A stretch of DNA of 43,240 nucleotides from a virus. Lineage: Duplodnaviria; Caudoviricetes. The stretch lies in the IMG/VR virus record IMGVR_UViG_3300012667_000655, positions 1-43,240 of that record. One strand, given 5' to 3'. Below are positions 9,010 through 16,557 of this stretch, in pieces. The notes under the pieces are model-generated. The model did not search any database and was not told where the DNA came from. It saw nothing but the letters and a program-made list of their open reading frames with translations. Positions within the stretch are counted from its first letter, which is position 1. Every line of letters starts with the position of its first letter. A program made the position numbers and the translations under genes.

Positions 9010-9183
9010 GTGTTTGTTATCTAACAGAGTTTCAAATTTCCGCAACCGGCCGCAAAGGCCGGCCGTCAGGCTCATAACCTGAAGGCCGCAGGTTCAAATC
9101 CTGCCCCCGCAACCAGTGTTTTCAATGACTTAGACAGGCCCCGGAGGTTTTCGCCCCCGGGGACTGTCCGCATATTGTCCGCA
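8943..9183. repeat. Integrase arm-type direct repeats flanking attP
   Basis: TTGTCCGCA 8943-8951, TTTCCGCA 8964-8971 and 9037-9044, CTGTCCGCA 9164-9172, TTGTCCGCA 9175-9183. IHF-like TTTCAATGACTTA at about 9120-9132. Confidence 0.65.
9064..9115 (+). mobile_element. attP core = 3' portion of an initiator tRNA-Met (CAT)
   Basis: CGTCAGGCTCATAACCTGAAGGCCGCAGGTTCAAATCCTGCCCCCGCAACCA contains the anticodon arm, T arm, acceptor 3' strand and CCA but no 5' half. Lies about 700 bp from int and is followed by a GC hairpin (about 9138-9162). Confidence 0.9.
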
Positions 9184-9426
9184 TTATGGAAAGCGCCCGA
9201 GCTTCGTCCGGACGCGGATCCGCTCCTCGACCTCGCGCTCGATCCAGGACGGGGCGTGCGCGGCTCGCGCCCATCGGTCTTGAACCCACCACGCGACAGC
9301 GATCAGCAGGTTGAGCGGGAAGGCGGCGAACAGCGCCTCGTGGCGCTCGCACGAGTAGTAGGCGAGCGCCATCCAGCGCGGCGGGCGGCAGTAGGGGGAA
9401 ACCCAAGTGTAGAGGATGCGTTTCAT
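9184..9426 (-). CDS. Hypothetical protein
   Basis: MKRILYTW... with CACCACC leader and one hydrophobic segment. Confidence 0.55.
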   Translation of the reverse strand: MKRILYTWVSPYCRPPRWMALAYYSCERHEALFAAFPLNLLIAVAWWVQDRWARAAHAPSWIEREVEERIRVRTKLGRFP

Positions 9427-9437
9427 GGTGGTGGTGA

Positions 9438-10109
9438 TCAATCTTCGTCGAGGCCCTCGACCGTCATTTCCCCGTGGGTCGGGCAAACGGCCCCGAGGTC
9501 AAGCGCCCACTTCTTCGAGAGGCGCACGGTGTAGCCGCATTCCTCGCAGCAGGCCTTGAGCATCCGGGTCGTCTGCTTCTTCTTCCGGTTCGAGCTGCCG
9601 GGCTCGTCGTCATGGTCGCCGGCCGGATCGTCGCCCTCCACGGATTCCGCCGCGGCGCGGACACCTCGAAGCCGGGAGTAATTCAGCGCGGCGTGCGGGA
9701 TCGGGCCGAGCTGGTCGAGGAACGGCTGCGCCCACTCGATGAACTTCGGCCCCGGCGTCGTGGCAGTGTAGGGTCGGAGCAGGCCGAGCAGGTCGCACAT
9801 TTTCGCGAACTGACCCTTGTGGCCCTCCTTCAGCCCGACGGCCGCGTGGATCAGCTCGTGGCAAAGGATGCCGGCGATCTCCATGTTGTCGGTCCGATCC
9901 GGCGCGATGAAGATTTCGAAGTGCCCGTCGGCCGAGAGCGTCTTGTTCCAGCATTCGCCGCCGGCGTTGCAGTATTGCCCGCCCGATGTGAAGCCGGTTC
10001 CGACACGGAAGGGAGGGATCGGCTTGCCGAGTTCTTCGAAGCGGGGAGCCATGAGGGCCGAGAGCTGGCGCAGCCAGGTCTCGCGGTTGGTGGTAGGTTC
10101 GGTGTTCAT
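9438..10109 (-). CDS. SprT-like zinc metalloprotease with C-terminal zinc ribbon
   Basis: HELIH..V....GH..QF (HExxH motif) and RMLKACCEECGYTVR...CPTH. Confidence 0.75.
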   Translation of the reverse strand: MNTEPTTNRETWLRQLSALMAPRFEELGKPIPPFRVGTGFTSGGQYCNAGGECWNKTLSADGHFEIFIAPDRTDNMEIAGILCHELIHAAVGLKEGHKGQFAKMCDLLGLLRPYTATTPGPKFIEWAQPFLDQLGPIPHAALNYSRLRGVRAAAESVEGDDPAGDHDDEPGSSNRKKKQTTRMLKACCEECGYTVRLSKKWALDLGAVCPTHGEMTVEGLDED

Positions 10110-10238
10110 TGGTTGGTGACGCCGGGAGGATTCGCCTTCCGACGCGTTTAAACAAGCCCAATTTTTGGTAATTTTCGGGAGCCGGCCGGAGAGCCTGACG
10201 GTGGCCGTGCCGTTCCCGATGTCGGTGAACTCAAAGAG

Positions 10239-10385
10239 TTACGCTTCGCCCTCGTCGAGGATGTTCTTGATCTTGGCCGCGCCTTCCAGGTCGATCACGA
10301 CATCCACGCGAGGCACCTTGGCGACGGCCTGACACGCGTTGATCAGCCGGATCGCGGCTTCGCTGTATTGCGGGGAGTAGCTCAC
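10239..10385 (-). CDS. Hypothetical protein
   Basis: GTG start overlapping the upstream stop (GTGA): VSYSPQYSEAAIRLINAC... Confidence 0.4.
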   Translation of the reverse strand: MSYSPQYSEAAIRLINACQAVAKVPRVDVVIDLEGAAKIKNILDEGEA

Positions 10386-10726
10386 GGCGTCGGTGGTTGT
10401 GGGTTCTCCGAACTGCCGCCGGAGCCGACCTGCGGCGGCTCGGCTGGGTTGTTCTGCGCACCATTGAGCCTGCCCATGAATTCCGCGTGCGCTCCAACGG
10501 TGAACCAATGGTAGTATTCTTGGTGCCCTGAATCTCGGCGGTGGGGAGCGAAGCCGTATTTCTTTTCGAATTTTCCAGCAAAGAATCCCCAGTCGATTTC
10601 GTCCTGGTTCGTGTTCGCGATCAAAGACGCAGAACCAGGCACCGCAGCCAACCCCTCTCCGCCTATCGGAGAGGGGGCATCGGTCGCGGTCGTCCGTGCC
10701 GCATCAGCTTGGGGAATTTCGTTCAT
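10382..10726 (-). CDS. Hypothetical protein
   Basis: 114-aa ORF with ATGA coupling and lower GC than its neighbours. Confidence 0.5.
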   Translation of the reverse strand: MNEIPQADAARTTATDAPSPIGGEGLAAVPGSASLIANTNQDEIDWGFFAGKFEKKYGFAPHRRDSGHQEYYHWFTVGAHAEFMGRLNGAQNNPAEPPQVGSGGSSENPQPPTP

Positions 10727-11421
10727 CGGGGTGGCTGGGTTGTGGCGTTCCGCGTGAACCGCGCCTCGATCCCCTGCCGGATCTCGTAGGCGATCCCCGA
10801 CAGCGGCCAGCCGTCACCGGCGCCGGTCACGAACTCGTGGAGTTTCCGCAGGTTCGCCTCGGCGGCGTCGCGGACCTCGGCCACGGTTTCGAGCCTGGCG
10901 CGCAGGTCTGCCGCCTCGGCCTTCCAGCCGGCCGCGTCCTGGCGGTAGCTCTCGGCGTCGCGCTCGTCGGCCCCGAACCGATCCCGCACGACCGATCCGT
11001 CGCAGGGATTTGCCGCGAGCATGTCGGGCAGGCGGTTGGCCAGCGCGTCGGTCTGTTTCTCGGTGGCCTCTCCCTTCGCGATCAGCGCGACGGCCTCTTT
11101 CGCGATCTTGGTCATCGCGATTGCCCGCTGGTTGAGCGCCTCCATTCGGTGCTGATACTCGGACGGGTCGGGCACGCGCGCGGCGGGATTATCGGTCGGG
11201 TGCGTCGCGCAGATGGACAGCGGCGGGTGCGTCCGGCCTTCGACGATCAGGCCGACGGCACCGCCGGCGTTGAGCGCGAGCAGTTCCTCGGCGGACGGCC
11301 TCCAGAACGACCAGACTTGCGTGTCATTCCGCATGATGTGGAGGTCGCCGCATTCCTCCTCGGTGGTGCCCGGCGGGCGGCGAAGGACGTCGTTGCAGGC
11401 GGGGTGTTGGATGGGATTCAC
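10723..11421 (-). CDS. Hypothetical phage protein
   Basis: GTG start overlapping the upstream stop. Contains WSFWRPSAEELLALNAGGAVGL...HPP followed by coiled coil. Confidence 0.6.
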   Translation of the reverse strand: MNPIQHPACNDVLRRPPGTTEEECGDLHIMRNDTQVWSFWRPSAEELLALNAGGAVGLIVEGRTHPPLSICATHPTDNPAARVPDPSEYQHRMEALNQRAIAMTKIAKEAVALIAKGEATEKQTDALANRLPDMLAANPCDGSVVRDRFGADERDAESYRQDAAGWKAEAADLRARLETVAEVRDAAEANLRKLHEFVTGAGDGWPLSGIAYEIRQGIEARFTRNATTQPPR

Positions 11422-12059
11422 TTGGTCGGGGTGTTGGTGGTTTTGGTAGCGTCGCGGCGGCGGCTCTCGGCGCGGAGGCGAGAGAGCGCCTTGTTGCGGC
11501 GAAGCTCGCAGTTCAGGATCCGCATCGGCATCAGCACCCCGAAGGATTCGTCGGATTCTTCGTTCCCGGCGGTGACGTAGATCGGCGCACCATGGTTGGT
11601 GGGGTCGATGTGCAGCACTACACCCGGCCGCTTGCCGCCGACTCCCATCGCCTTCGCGACCCCGAGCAGGAACTCGGGGTTGAGGCCGATCCGCAGCGTG
11701 TGCTTCGTCTCGTCCGGGCAGGCCTTGGCCGCGTCCGGGAAATCGTCGCGCCATGACTCCGGGCAGGTCCGGAACACGCGCTGCTCGCCGAACCCCTCGA
11801 CCGTCGCGTTCTCGCCGACGATCCTGAGCTGTTGTGCGAAGATCGGCTTCCGCTTCTTGGAGCAAGCGGCCGTCACAGCGGGAGCCGGCAGAAGCGCGGG
11901 CAGCGTGTCGGATTCGTCAGCCGCGACGGTTATCGCAACCAGCCGGCGGCCGTCGGTGGCGACCGCGAGCTCGTTCGTGAACAGGACGTTGTTGATGATG
12001 TGGCGAGTCGCGTCCTTTGAGGCCACGAGGGCCGGGTTCGTGTTGGCGGGCAGTTTCAT
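11418..12059 (-). CDS. DNA polymerase III beta-clamp-like protein (partial fold)
   Basis: ASKDATRHIINNVLF, VATDGRRL, FPD, IGLNPEFL and GVLMPMR match DnaN domain II-III motifs. Confidence 0.65.
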   Translation of the reverse strand: MKLPANTNPALVASKDATRHIINNVLFTNELAVATDGRRLVAITVAADESDTLPALLPAPAVTAACSKKRKPIFAQQLRIVGENATVEGFGEQRVFRTCPESWRDDFPDAAKACPDETKHTLRIGLNPEFLLGVAKAMGVGGKRPGVVLHIDPTNHGAPIYVTAGNEESDESFGVLMPMRILNCELRRNKALSRLRAESRRRDATKTTNTPTK

Positions 12060-12220
12060 TCGGTTGGTGGATTGGAGTTGAGGATTCGGGCGGCGCGCAT
12101 CCCGAGCAGGATGGCGACCAGGGCGAGCACGGCGGCGGTTTTCTGGTGCCCGCACTTCCATGCGTAGCAGGCGAGGCCGGCCAGCCAGCAGGCCAGCGAG
12201 ATGATCATTGCAAGGTGCAT
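12056..12220 (-). CDS. Small two-TM membrane protein (54 aa, not in ORF track)
   Basis: MHLAMIISLACWLAGLACYAWKCGHQKTAAVLALVAILLGMRAARILNSNPPTE fills the gap with overlapping stop/start codons. Confidence 0.55.
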   Translation of the reverse strand: MHLAMIISLACWLAGLACYAWKCGHQKTAAVLALVAILLGMRAARILNSNPPTE

Positions 12221-12480
12221 CAGGGTCGGAGTTTGAGTTCGGCGAGGCGGGTCAGTTTGTAGTGCGGAAACCCGAACGGGTTCTCGACCTTCACGACGAG
12301 GCGTTTCCTCCGGAGGATCGCGACGATCGCGCTGGTCGCCATCGAGCGTTTCTTCAGCCGGGCGACGATGTCGCGCATCTGAGCGCGGCCTTGAAGTTCG
12401 TCGATCACGGCGAGGACGGCGGCTTCTTTCGGGCCGATCCCGAGCTTGAGCATCAGGTCGGCGGCTTCGGCGAGGTTCAT
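12220..12480 (-). CDS. Winged-helix DNA-binding protein
   Basis: LGIGPKEAAVLAVI...MRDIVARL...TSAIVAILRRKRLVVK...YKLT follows a MarR-like wHTH pattern. Confidence 0.6.
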   Translation of the reverse strand: MNLAEAADLMLKLGIGPKEAAVLAVIDELQGRAQMRDIVARLKKRSMATSAIVAILRRKRLVVKVENPFGFPHYKLTRLAELKLRP

Positions 12481-12505
12481 GGTGTTGGTGGGAAGCGCGG
12501 AGGGG

Positions 12506-12730
12506 TCAGCCGATCACGATGGACGTCGGTCGGTTCGCCTTCACGAAGTGCTCGGCGAGGCGATTGGTCATTTCGGATTTCAGCTTCGGCACGGGAAGGC
12601 CGTGGTGTTTCAGCAGCACGACCAGCGAGCCGCGGGTCATGTGCGCGAAGGTCAGACGGTAGAATGCGCGGAACTGGTCGGGGAAGTCAGACGGCTTCGA
12701 ATTGAGGGCAATGGTCAGTTTCTTTTTCAT
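12506..12730 (-). CDS. Hypothetical protein
   Basis: 74-aa basic ORF with an (ACC)n leader. Confidence 0.55.
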   Translation of the reverse strand: MKKKLTIALNSKPSDFPDQFRAFYRLTFAHMTRGSLVVLLKHHGLPVPKLKSEMTNRLAEHFVKANRPTSIVIG

Positions 12731-12751
12731 GGTGGTGGTGGTGGTTCGGAT

Positions 12752-13636
12752 TCAGCGTCCCTTGACCTTGAGGTTCTGGAACACGCGGAGCCCGGGCACG
12801 TCGGGCAGCTTGCCCTTCGCGGCGAACGATTTCTTCAGAGCGGCCAGGATCTCGGCGCGCTTCGGCTCGATCCGGCAGAGCGCCGGGAACTTGGCGACGA
12901 ACGCGTGGATGTCCACGACCTCGAAGTCGATTTCCTCCCGCACGCCGGCCGGTGTCGGAGCGGCGACCGCGGCGGCGCGCGCGGCCTCAGCCTCCTGCCG
13001 TTCCCGCTCGGCCTTGGCGGCGGATTCCTCGGTGGCGATTCGGGCGGCCTCGGCGCGGGCGGCAGCCTCCCGCTGCGCAGCGGCGGCGGCTTCCTCGCGC
13101 TGGCGGGCCTCGGCCTCGGCTTCGGCATCTTGAGCCCGGGCGGCCCGTAGGCGTTCCATTTCGGCCGCGTGGGCGGCGCGCTCGGCTTCCATCCGCTGCC
13201 GCTCGGCCTCTTGCTCGGCGCGCATGGCCGCGAGCTTCCGCTCGTGCTCTTCGCGCTCGATCCGCAGGCGTTCCCGCTCGGCGGCTTCCGCGGCCTCCCG
13301 CTGCTTGCGCTGCTGCTCGCGGGCGAACTCGGCGACCAGGCCGGAGAGCCGGGTTTCCTCGGCGACCACGTCGGCGATGAACTCGGCGGCGATCCCGTCG
13401 ATCCGCTTCCCGAGTTCGAGGACCGGCGCCTTGACCTGCTTGCGGCTGGACTCGACGGCCGTGCGGACGCTGCCGAGCGACCGGAGCCGGGATTGCGCGA
13501 TGTCGCAGGTGTCGGAATCCGTCACGGCCACGACCTTGCGGGCGGCGTCGAGGATCACCTTTTTCTGAGCCTCGGCCTCGGGCGTGACGGCGATCTGGTA
13601 GCCGTCGCCGAGGATGGCGATTGCGTTGGTGCTCAT
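12752..13636 (-). CDS. Hypothetical coiled-coil protein (E/A/R-rich)
   Basis: Start MSTNAIAI with ATGA overlap. VESSRKQVKAPVLELGKRID and C-terminal VPGLRVF are common in phage recombination-region proteins. Confidence 0.65.
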   Translation of the reverse strand: MSTNAIAILGDGYQIAVTPEAEAQKKVILDAARKVVAVTDSDTCDIAQSRLRSLGSVRTAVESSRKQVKAPVLELGKRIDGIAAEFIADVVAEETRLSGLVAEFAREQQRKQREAAEAAERERLRIEREEHERKLAAMRAEQEAERQRMEAERAAHAAEMERLRAARAQDAEAEAEARQREEAAAAAQREAAARAEAARIATEESAAKAERERQEAEAARAAAVAAPTPAGVREEIDFEVVDIHAFVAKFPALCRIEPKRAEILAALKKSFAAKGKLPDVPGLRVFQNLKVKGR

Positions 13637-13992
13637 GCGTCGACGAGTTCGATGTGGGTGGCTTCGGTCGAGAAGGAGACGGTGAGCCCCCACGTGTTGT
13701 CGGAGGTATCGAGGAAGCGGATTTCTCGGCCTTCCGCGTGGACATGCTGGCCCCAAAACGTCCCCCGGTTCACCCACCGCTTGCCGGCGGGCGTGTCCGG
13801 CGGCTCCGGCAATTCTCCCCACGGGAACTCGCGTCGGGTTGGGTCAGCATTCACCCCCAGCGGCAGCTCGGGATGGTCGGCCAGCGGATCGGCCTGCTCG
13901 GCCGGCGCGGTCGCTTCGTTCAGCAGCATGCGGAGGGCCGCGAGTGCCAGGGGCGATGCCGTGGCGGTGTCGACTTCAAGGGTCAGTTTCAT
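13633..13992 (-). CDS. Hypothetical protein
   Basis: 119-aa ORF with CACCAACCGA leader. Confidence 0.6.
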   Translation of the reverse strand: MKLTLEVDTATASPLALAALRMLLNEATAPAEQADPLADHPELPLGVNADPTRREFPWGELPEPPDTPAGKRWVNRGTFWGQHVHAEGREIRFLDTSDNTWGLTVSFSTEATHIELVDA

Positions 13993-14016
13993 TCGGTTGG
14001 TGTTGGTGGTTGGAGG

Positions 14017-14163
14017 TCACAGGAGAAGCAAAGCCGCGGCGTAGATCGCCAGCCCGGCAAGAGCCATCGCGAGCGAGGTCTTGAGTTCCGCCACGAGTTC
14101 GGCTCGAGCGGCGTCGATCCGCCGGAGGTTTTGGCGGCGGACGGGTGGGAGCAGCGTTTTCAT
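14017..14163 (-). CDS. Small protein with C-terminal TM segment (48 aa, not in ORF track)
   Basis: MKTLLPPVRRQNLRRIDAARAELVAELKTSLAMALAGLAIYAAALLLL, ATGA-coupled. Confidence 0.55.
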   Translation of the reverse strand: MKTLLPPVRRQNLRRIDAARAELVAELKTSLAMALAGLAIYAAALLLL

Positions 14164-14306
14164 GCGCGGAGCTGCCGGCGGGCGGCGAGGGCAAGGGTGA
14201 GGTGAAAGCGGCGGGCGACTTGCAGACCCAGCTCGCGGCAGTCGCGGGCAAGGTCCAGCCGGTCGCGGATTTCGTCGCGGAGCGCGGATTGGTGCTTTGC
14301 GGTCAT
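14160..14306 (-). CDS. Hypothetical protein (48 aa, not in ORF track)
   Basis: MTAKHQSALRDEIRDRLDLARDCRELGLQVARRFHLTLALAARRQLRA, the first ORF after the promoter, with CACCAACC leader. Confidence 0.55.
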   Translation of the reverse strand: MTAKHQSALRDEIRDRLDLARDCRELGLQVARRFHLTLALAARRQLRA

Positions 14307-14332
14307 GGTTGGTGGTCAGTGGTTACGGGTGA

Positions 14333-14360
14333 ACCCTAAGAAATAATCCCCGCCCGTAAA
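14333..14360 (-). promoter_or_regulatory. Putative early sigma70-like promoter
   Basis: TTTACG-N16-TAGGGT with an AT-rich upstream tract. Twin of 7187-7214. Confidence 0.55.
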
Positions 14361-14388
14361 GAAAAATTTCCGCCTGTTAGAAAAAACT

Positions 14389-14613
14389 TCAGACGTGGCT
14401 TTTACAGAGCTTGATGGAAGCCGAGACGCCGCGCGTGTTTCGGCTCTCGTAGGCCTCCACGTCGGAGGTCCGATACAAGACCCGGCCCCCGATTTTCACG
14501 AAGGCCGGGCCGTTCGACCGCGAGCGCCAGGTTGCCAGCGTCGCGAGTGTTACCTGAGCGCCCCAGCGCTCGACGAGCTGCGGGGGCGTCAGGAATCCGG
14601 GTGCGTCAGCCAA
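14389..14613 (-). CDS. Excisionase-like HTH protein
   Basis: FLTPPQLVERW...TLATWRSRSNGPAFVKIGGRVLYRTSDVEAYE. TTG start with GGAG upstream. Confidence 0.8.
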   Translation of the reverse strand: MADAPGFLTPPQLVERWGAQVTLATLATWRSRSNGPAFVKIGGRVLYRTSDVEAYESRNTRGVSASIKLCKSHV

Positions 14614-15379
14614 AGATGTCTCCTGAGTCGTCGGGGGTGGGTTGCGGGGTTTCAGCCGGAGCGGGCGCGGGCTCGGGTTCGACATCCACGACTGCCGGCT
14701 TCGCCCGCTTCGTGGCGGGCTTCGGCGCGGGAGCCTCGACAACCGGCGCAGGCTCGGGAGCCTCATCGAGGATCGCGGAGGCCTCGGGCACAGCGTTCAC
14801 GCGGCGCGGCGGGTTGATGTCCTCGATCTCTTCGGTCGCGTGCATGCCGTTGAGCACGTCGGGCGCGTAGAGCCGGCCGAAGAATGCCGCGGCGCGATAG
14901 CGGAGCATCAGCTCCGGCATCGTCTTCCACTTCGATCCGTTCTTCGAGAACCAGCCCTCGGCCTTTGCCATTTCGATCGACGCCGGCGGACCTTCGAGCC
15001 GTTCGCCGGCCCGGTCGGTTGCCCAGGCCACGCACGACTTGTTGTCGCCCTCGCCGGTCACGTCGAACCGGAGCGGGGAGAACCGGCCGCACGAGTTGAG
15101 CGCCGCGATGATGAACGTCGAGGACCACGACGGCCGGCCGTGGATGATGTTCAGGTTCTGCATCACGGCGAGCGGGCTCGCGCCGATCCGCTGCGCCATT
15201 TCCAGCGCGACGATGGCGTTCCCGATGTTCTCCTTCCCTCGATACTGCTCGGGCACGATGTTCGAGCTGCACAGGGCGAGCGCCATCCGCTGCGCAGCCT
15301 CGAAGGACGCCGCGCTTGAGAACGCGGTGATCGAGGTCGTGGAGACGGGCGCGATGGTGGTTGTTAGTTGGTCGGACAT
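14606..15379 (-). CDS. RecT/Redbeta-like single-strand annealing protein
   Basis: IVPEQYRG, VMQNLNIIHGRPSW, SKWKTMPELMLRYRAAAFFGRLYAPDVLNG. Adjacent to the exonuclease gene. Confidence 0.8.
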   Translation of the reverse strand: MSDQLTTTIAPVSTTSITAFSSAASFEAAQRMALALCSSNIVPEQYRGKENIGNAIVALEMAQRIGASPLAVMQNLNIIHGRPSWSSTFIIAALNSCGRFSPLRFDVTGEGDNKSCVAWATDRAGERLEGPPASIEMAKAEGWFSKNGSKWKTMPELMLRYRAAAFFGRLYAPDVLNGMHATEEIEDINPPRRVNAVPEASAILDEAPEPAPVVEAPAPKPATKRAKPAVVDVEPEPAPAPAETPQPTPDDSGDIFG

Positions 15380-15402
15380 GTCGTTGTCGGTGTTGGTATT
15401 GG

Positions 15403-16218
15403 TTATGCCCACTTCGGAAGGTCCAGCGTGAGCGGGCTGGCGGAGTAGCCCGGCCACGTGTCGGTGGCGAGGCATCCCCCGAGAGTTACAAGGTCGTCCC
15501 GGTAGTCGGCACGGCCGCGGAAGATCATCGCCGCGCTGGCGACGTAGACCGCCACGAGGTGCGGCGGCTCGGTCTCGACGGCGATGAAAACGAAACCCTT
15601 CGGCGGGGTGCCGGTCAGCGCCTCGAAGCCGTCGGAATAGAACGCGGCCTGCACGTGGTAGCGATACCCGGCGATCGATCGGGCGAACCCGTCGGGCGAT
15701 GCGTCCTTGGTCGCCTTGAGGTCGACGATCACGCCGGCGGTCGTGACGGCATCCGGCCGGCACCGGCAGTCGATCCCCGACTCGTTGTCGCGCCAGAAAA
15801 TCGACTGCTCGACGGCATCGATCTGAGCGAGGGCCTTCGCGGCGGACGGGTGGGCATGGACCGCGGCGCGGATCGCGCGGAGCCGGTCCAACTCGTCGGC
15901 GTCGATCAGCATCTTGCCCTCGGCGGCGATCTGGAACGCCTCCCATTCAGCCTTCCCTGCGCTGGTCCGCCGGTCGATCTTCGGCGCGACCATCACCTCG
16001 TCGTCGAACCGATCCGGTTCGAGCACGGCGGTATGCGTCAGGGTGCCCAGGATCATCGCCGGCGTGGGCGGGGTCTTGTTTTCCAGTCGCCACTTGTAAA
16101 CCGCTGGAGCGCGGCGGACGTGGTCGAGCTGACTCTTCGAAACGGAACGGCACGAGTGATACTCGGCGTTGCTGAGGTCGGTGCGCGCGTGTGCGCTGGT
16201 GGTTGGTGGCATTTGCAT
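15403..16218 (-). CDS. RecE/exonuclease VIII-like PD-(D/E)XK nuclease
   Basis: LSNAEYH, VSKSQLD, GTLTHTAVLEP, CRCRPD, IVDLKAT, YHVQAAFY. Start uncertain (16212-16254). Confidence 0.85.
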   Translation of the reverse strand: MQMPPTTSAHARTDLSNAEYHSCRSVSKSQLDHVRRAPAVYKWRLENKTPPTPAMILGTLTHTAVLEPDRFDDEVMVAPKIDRRTSAGKAEWEAFQIAAEGKMLIDADELDRLRAIRAAVHAHPSAAKALAQIDAVEQSIFWRDNESGIDCRCRPDAVTTAGVIVDLKATKDASPDGFARSIAGYRYHVQAAFYSDGFEALTGTPPKGFVFIAVETEPPHLVAVYVASAAMIFRGRADYRDDLVTLGGCLATDTWPGYSASPLTLDLPKWA

Positions 16219-16290
16219 CGAACGACATACAAACCGCCGGCTTGAACTTAGCAAGCCGGAAGTTGCGCGTTTTTGAGGCGGCTCGATGAA

Positions 16291-16557
16291 TTATGCGCCT
16301 TCGCCGGTGATCGATGTCGTCCAGCCCGATCGGCTGACGGAATGGCGGACCGCGACGATTTTGATTCGGCCGTCGACGCCATCACGGAACCCGGAGAGGG
16401 TCACGAACGCGCCGGCGACCATGTCCAGCCGGCCGGGCATGGAGAGCTCGATCTGTTTCTTCGACCGCTCGATCCGCTTGGCCTTGGACTTGGCCGCGGC
16501 CTTCGCCTCGTCCTCAGTCCTGACCCATTCGTAGACGCTGCGGAAGTTGTCACTCAT
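16291..16557 (-). CDS. C-terminal part of P2 gpD-like baseplate hub (separate ORF)
   Basis: TEDEAKAAAKSK...MPGRLDMVAGAFVTLSGFRDGVDG...VRHSVSRSGWTTSI resembles the gpD C-terminus. ATG overlaps the upstream stop. Confidence 0.75.
   Translation of the reverse strand: MSDNFRSVYEWVRTEDEAKAAAKSKAKRIERSKKQIELSMPGRLDMVAGAFVTLSGFRDGVDGRIKIVAVRHSVSRSGWTTSITGEGA

Noticed and set aside
8347-9075. ORF start at 9075 inside attP, suggesting an integration-truncated gene
   Set aside because: That ATG is simply the complement of the CAT anticodon. It has no leader support, and downstream starts are more plausible.
9064-9115. Second complete tRNA gene
   Set aside because: The 5' acceptor strand and D arm are absent, so it is the attP core.
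10110-10241. Stop-codon readthrough joining ORF 10239-10385 to the SprT-like gene (the frame stays open for 43 codons)
   Set aside because: TAA is a strong stop, the intervening DNA includes an AT-rich promoter-like tract, and SprT has its own C/A leader. At most a gene remnant.
12950-13330. Repetitive GCC/GAG-rich DNA as a tandem repeat element
   Set aside because: Explained by the low-complexity E/A/R coiled-coil coding sequence.
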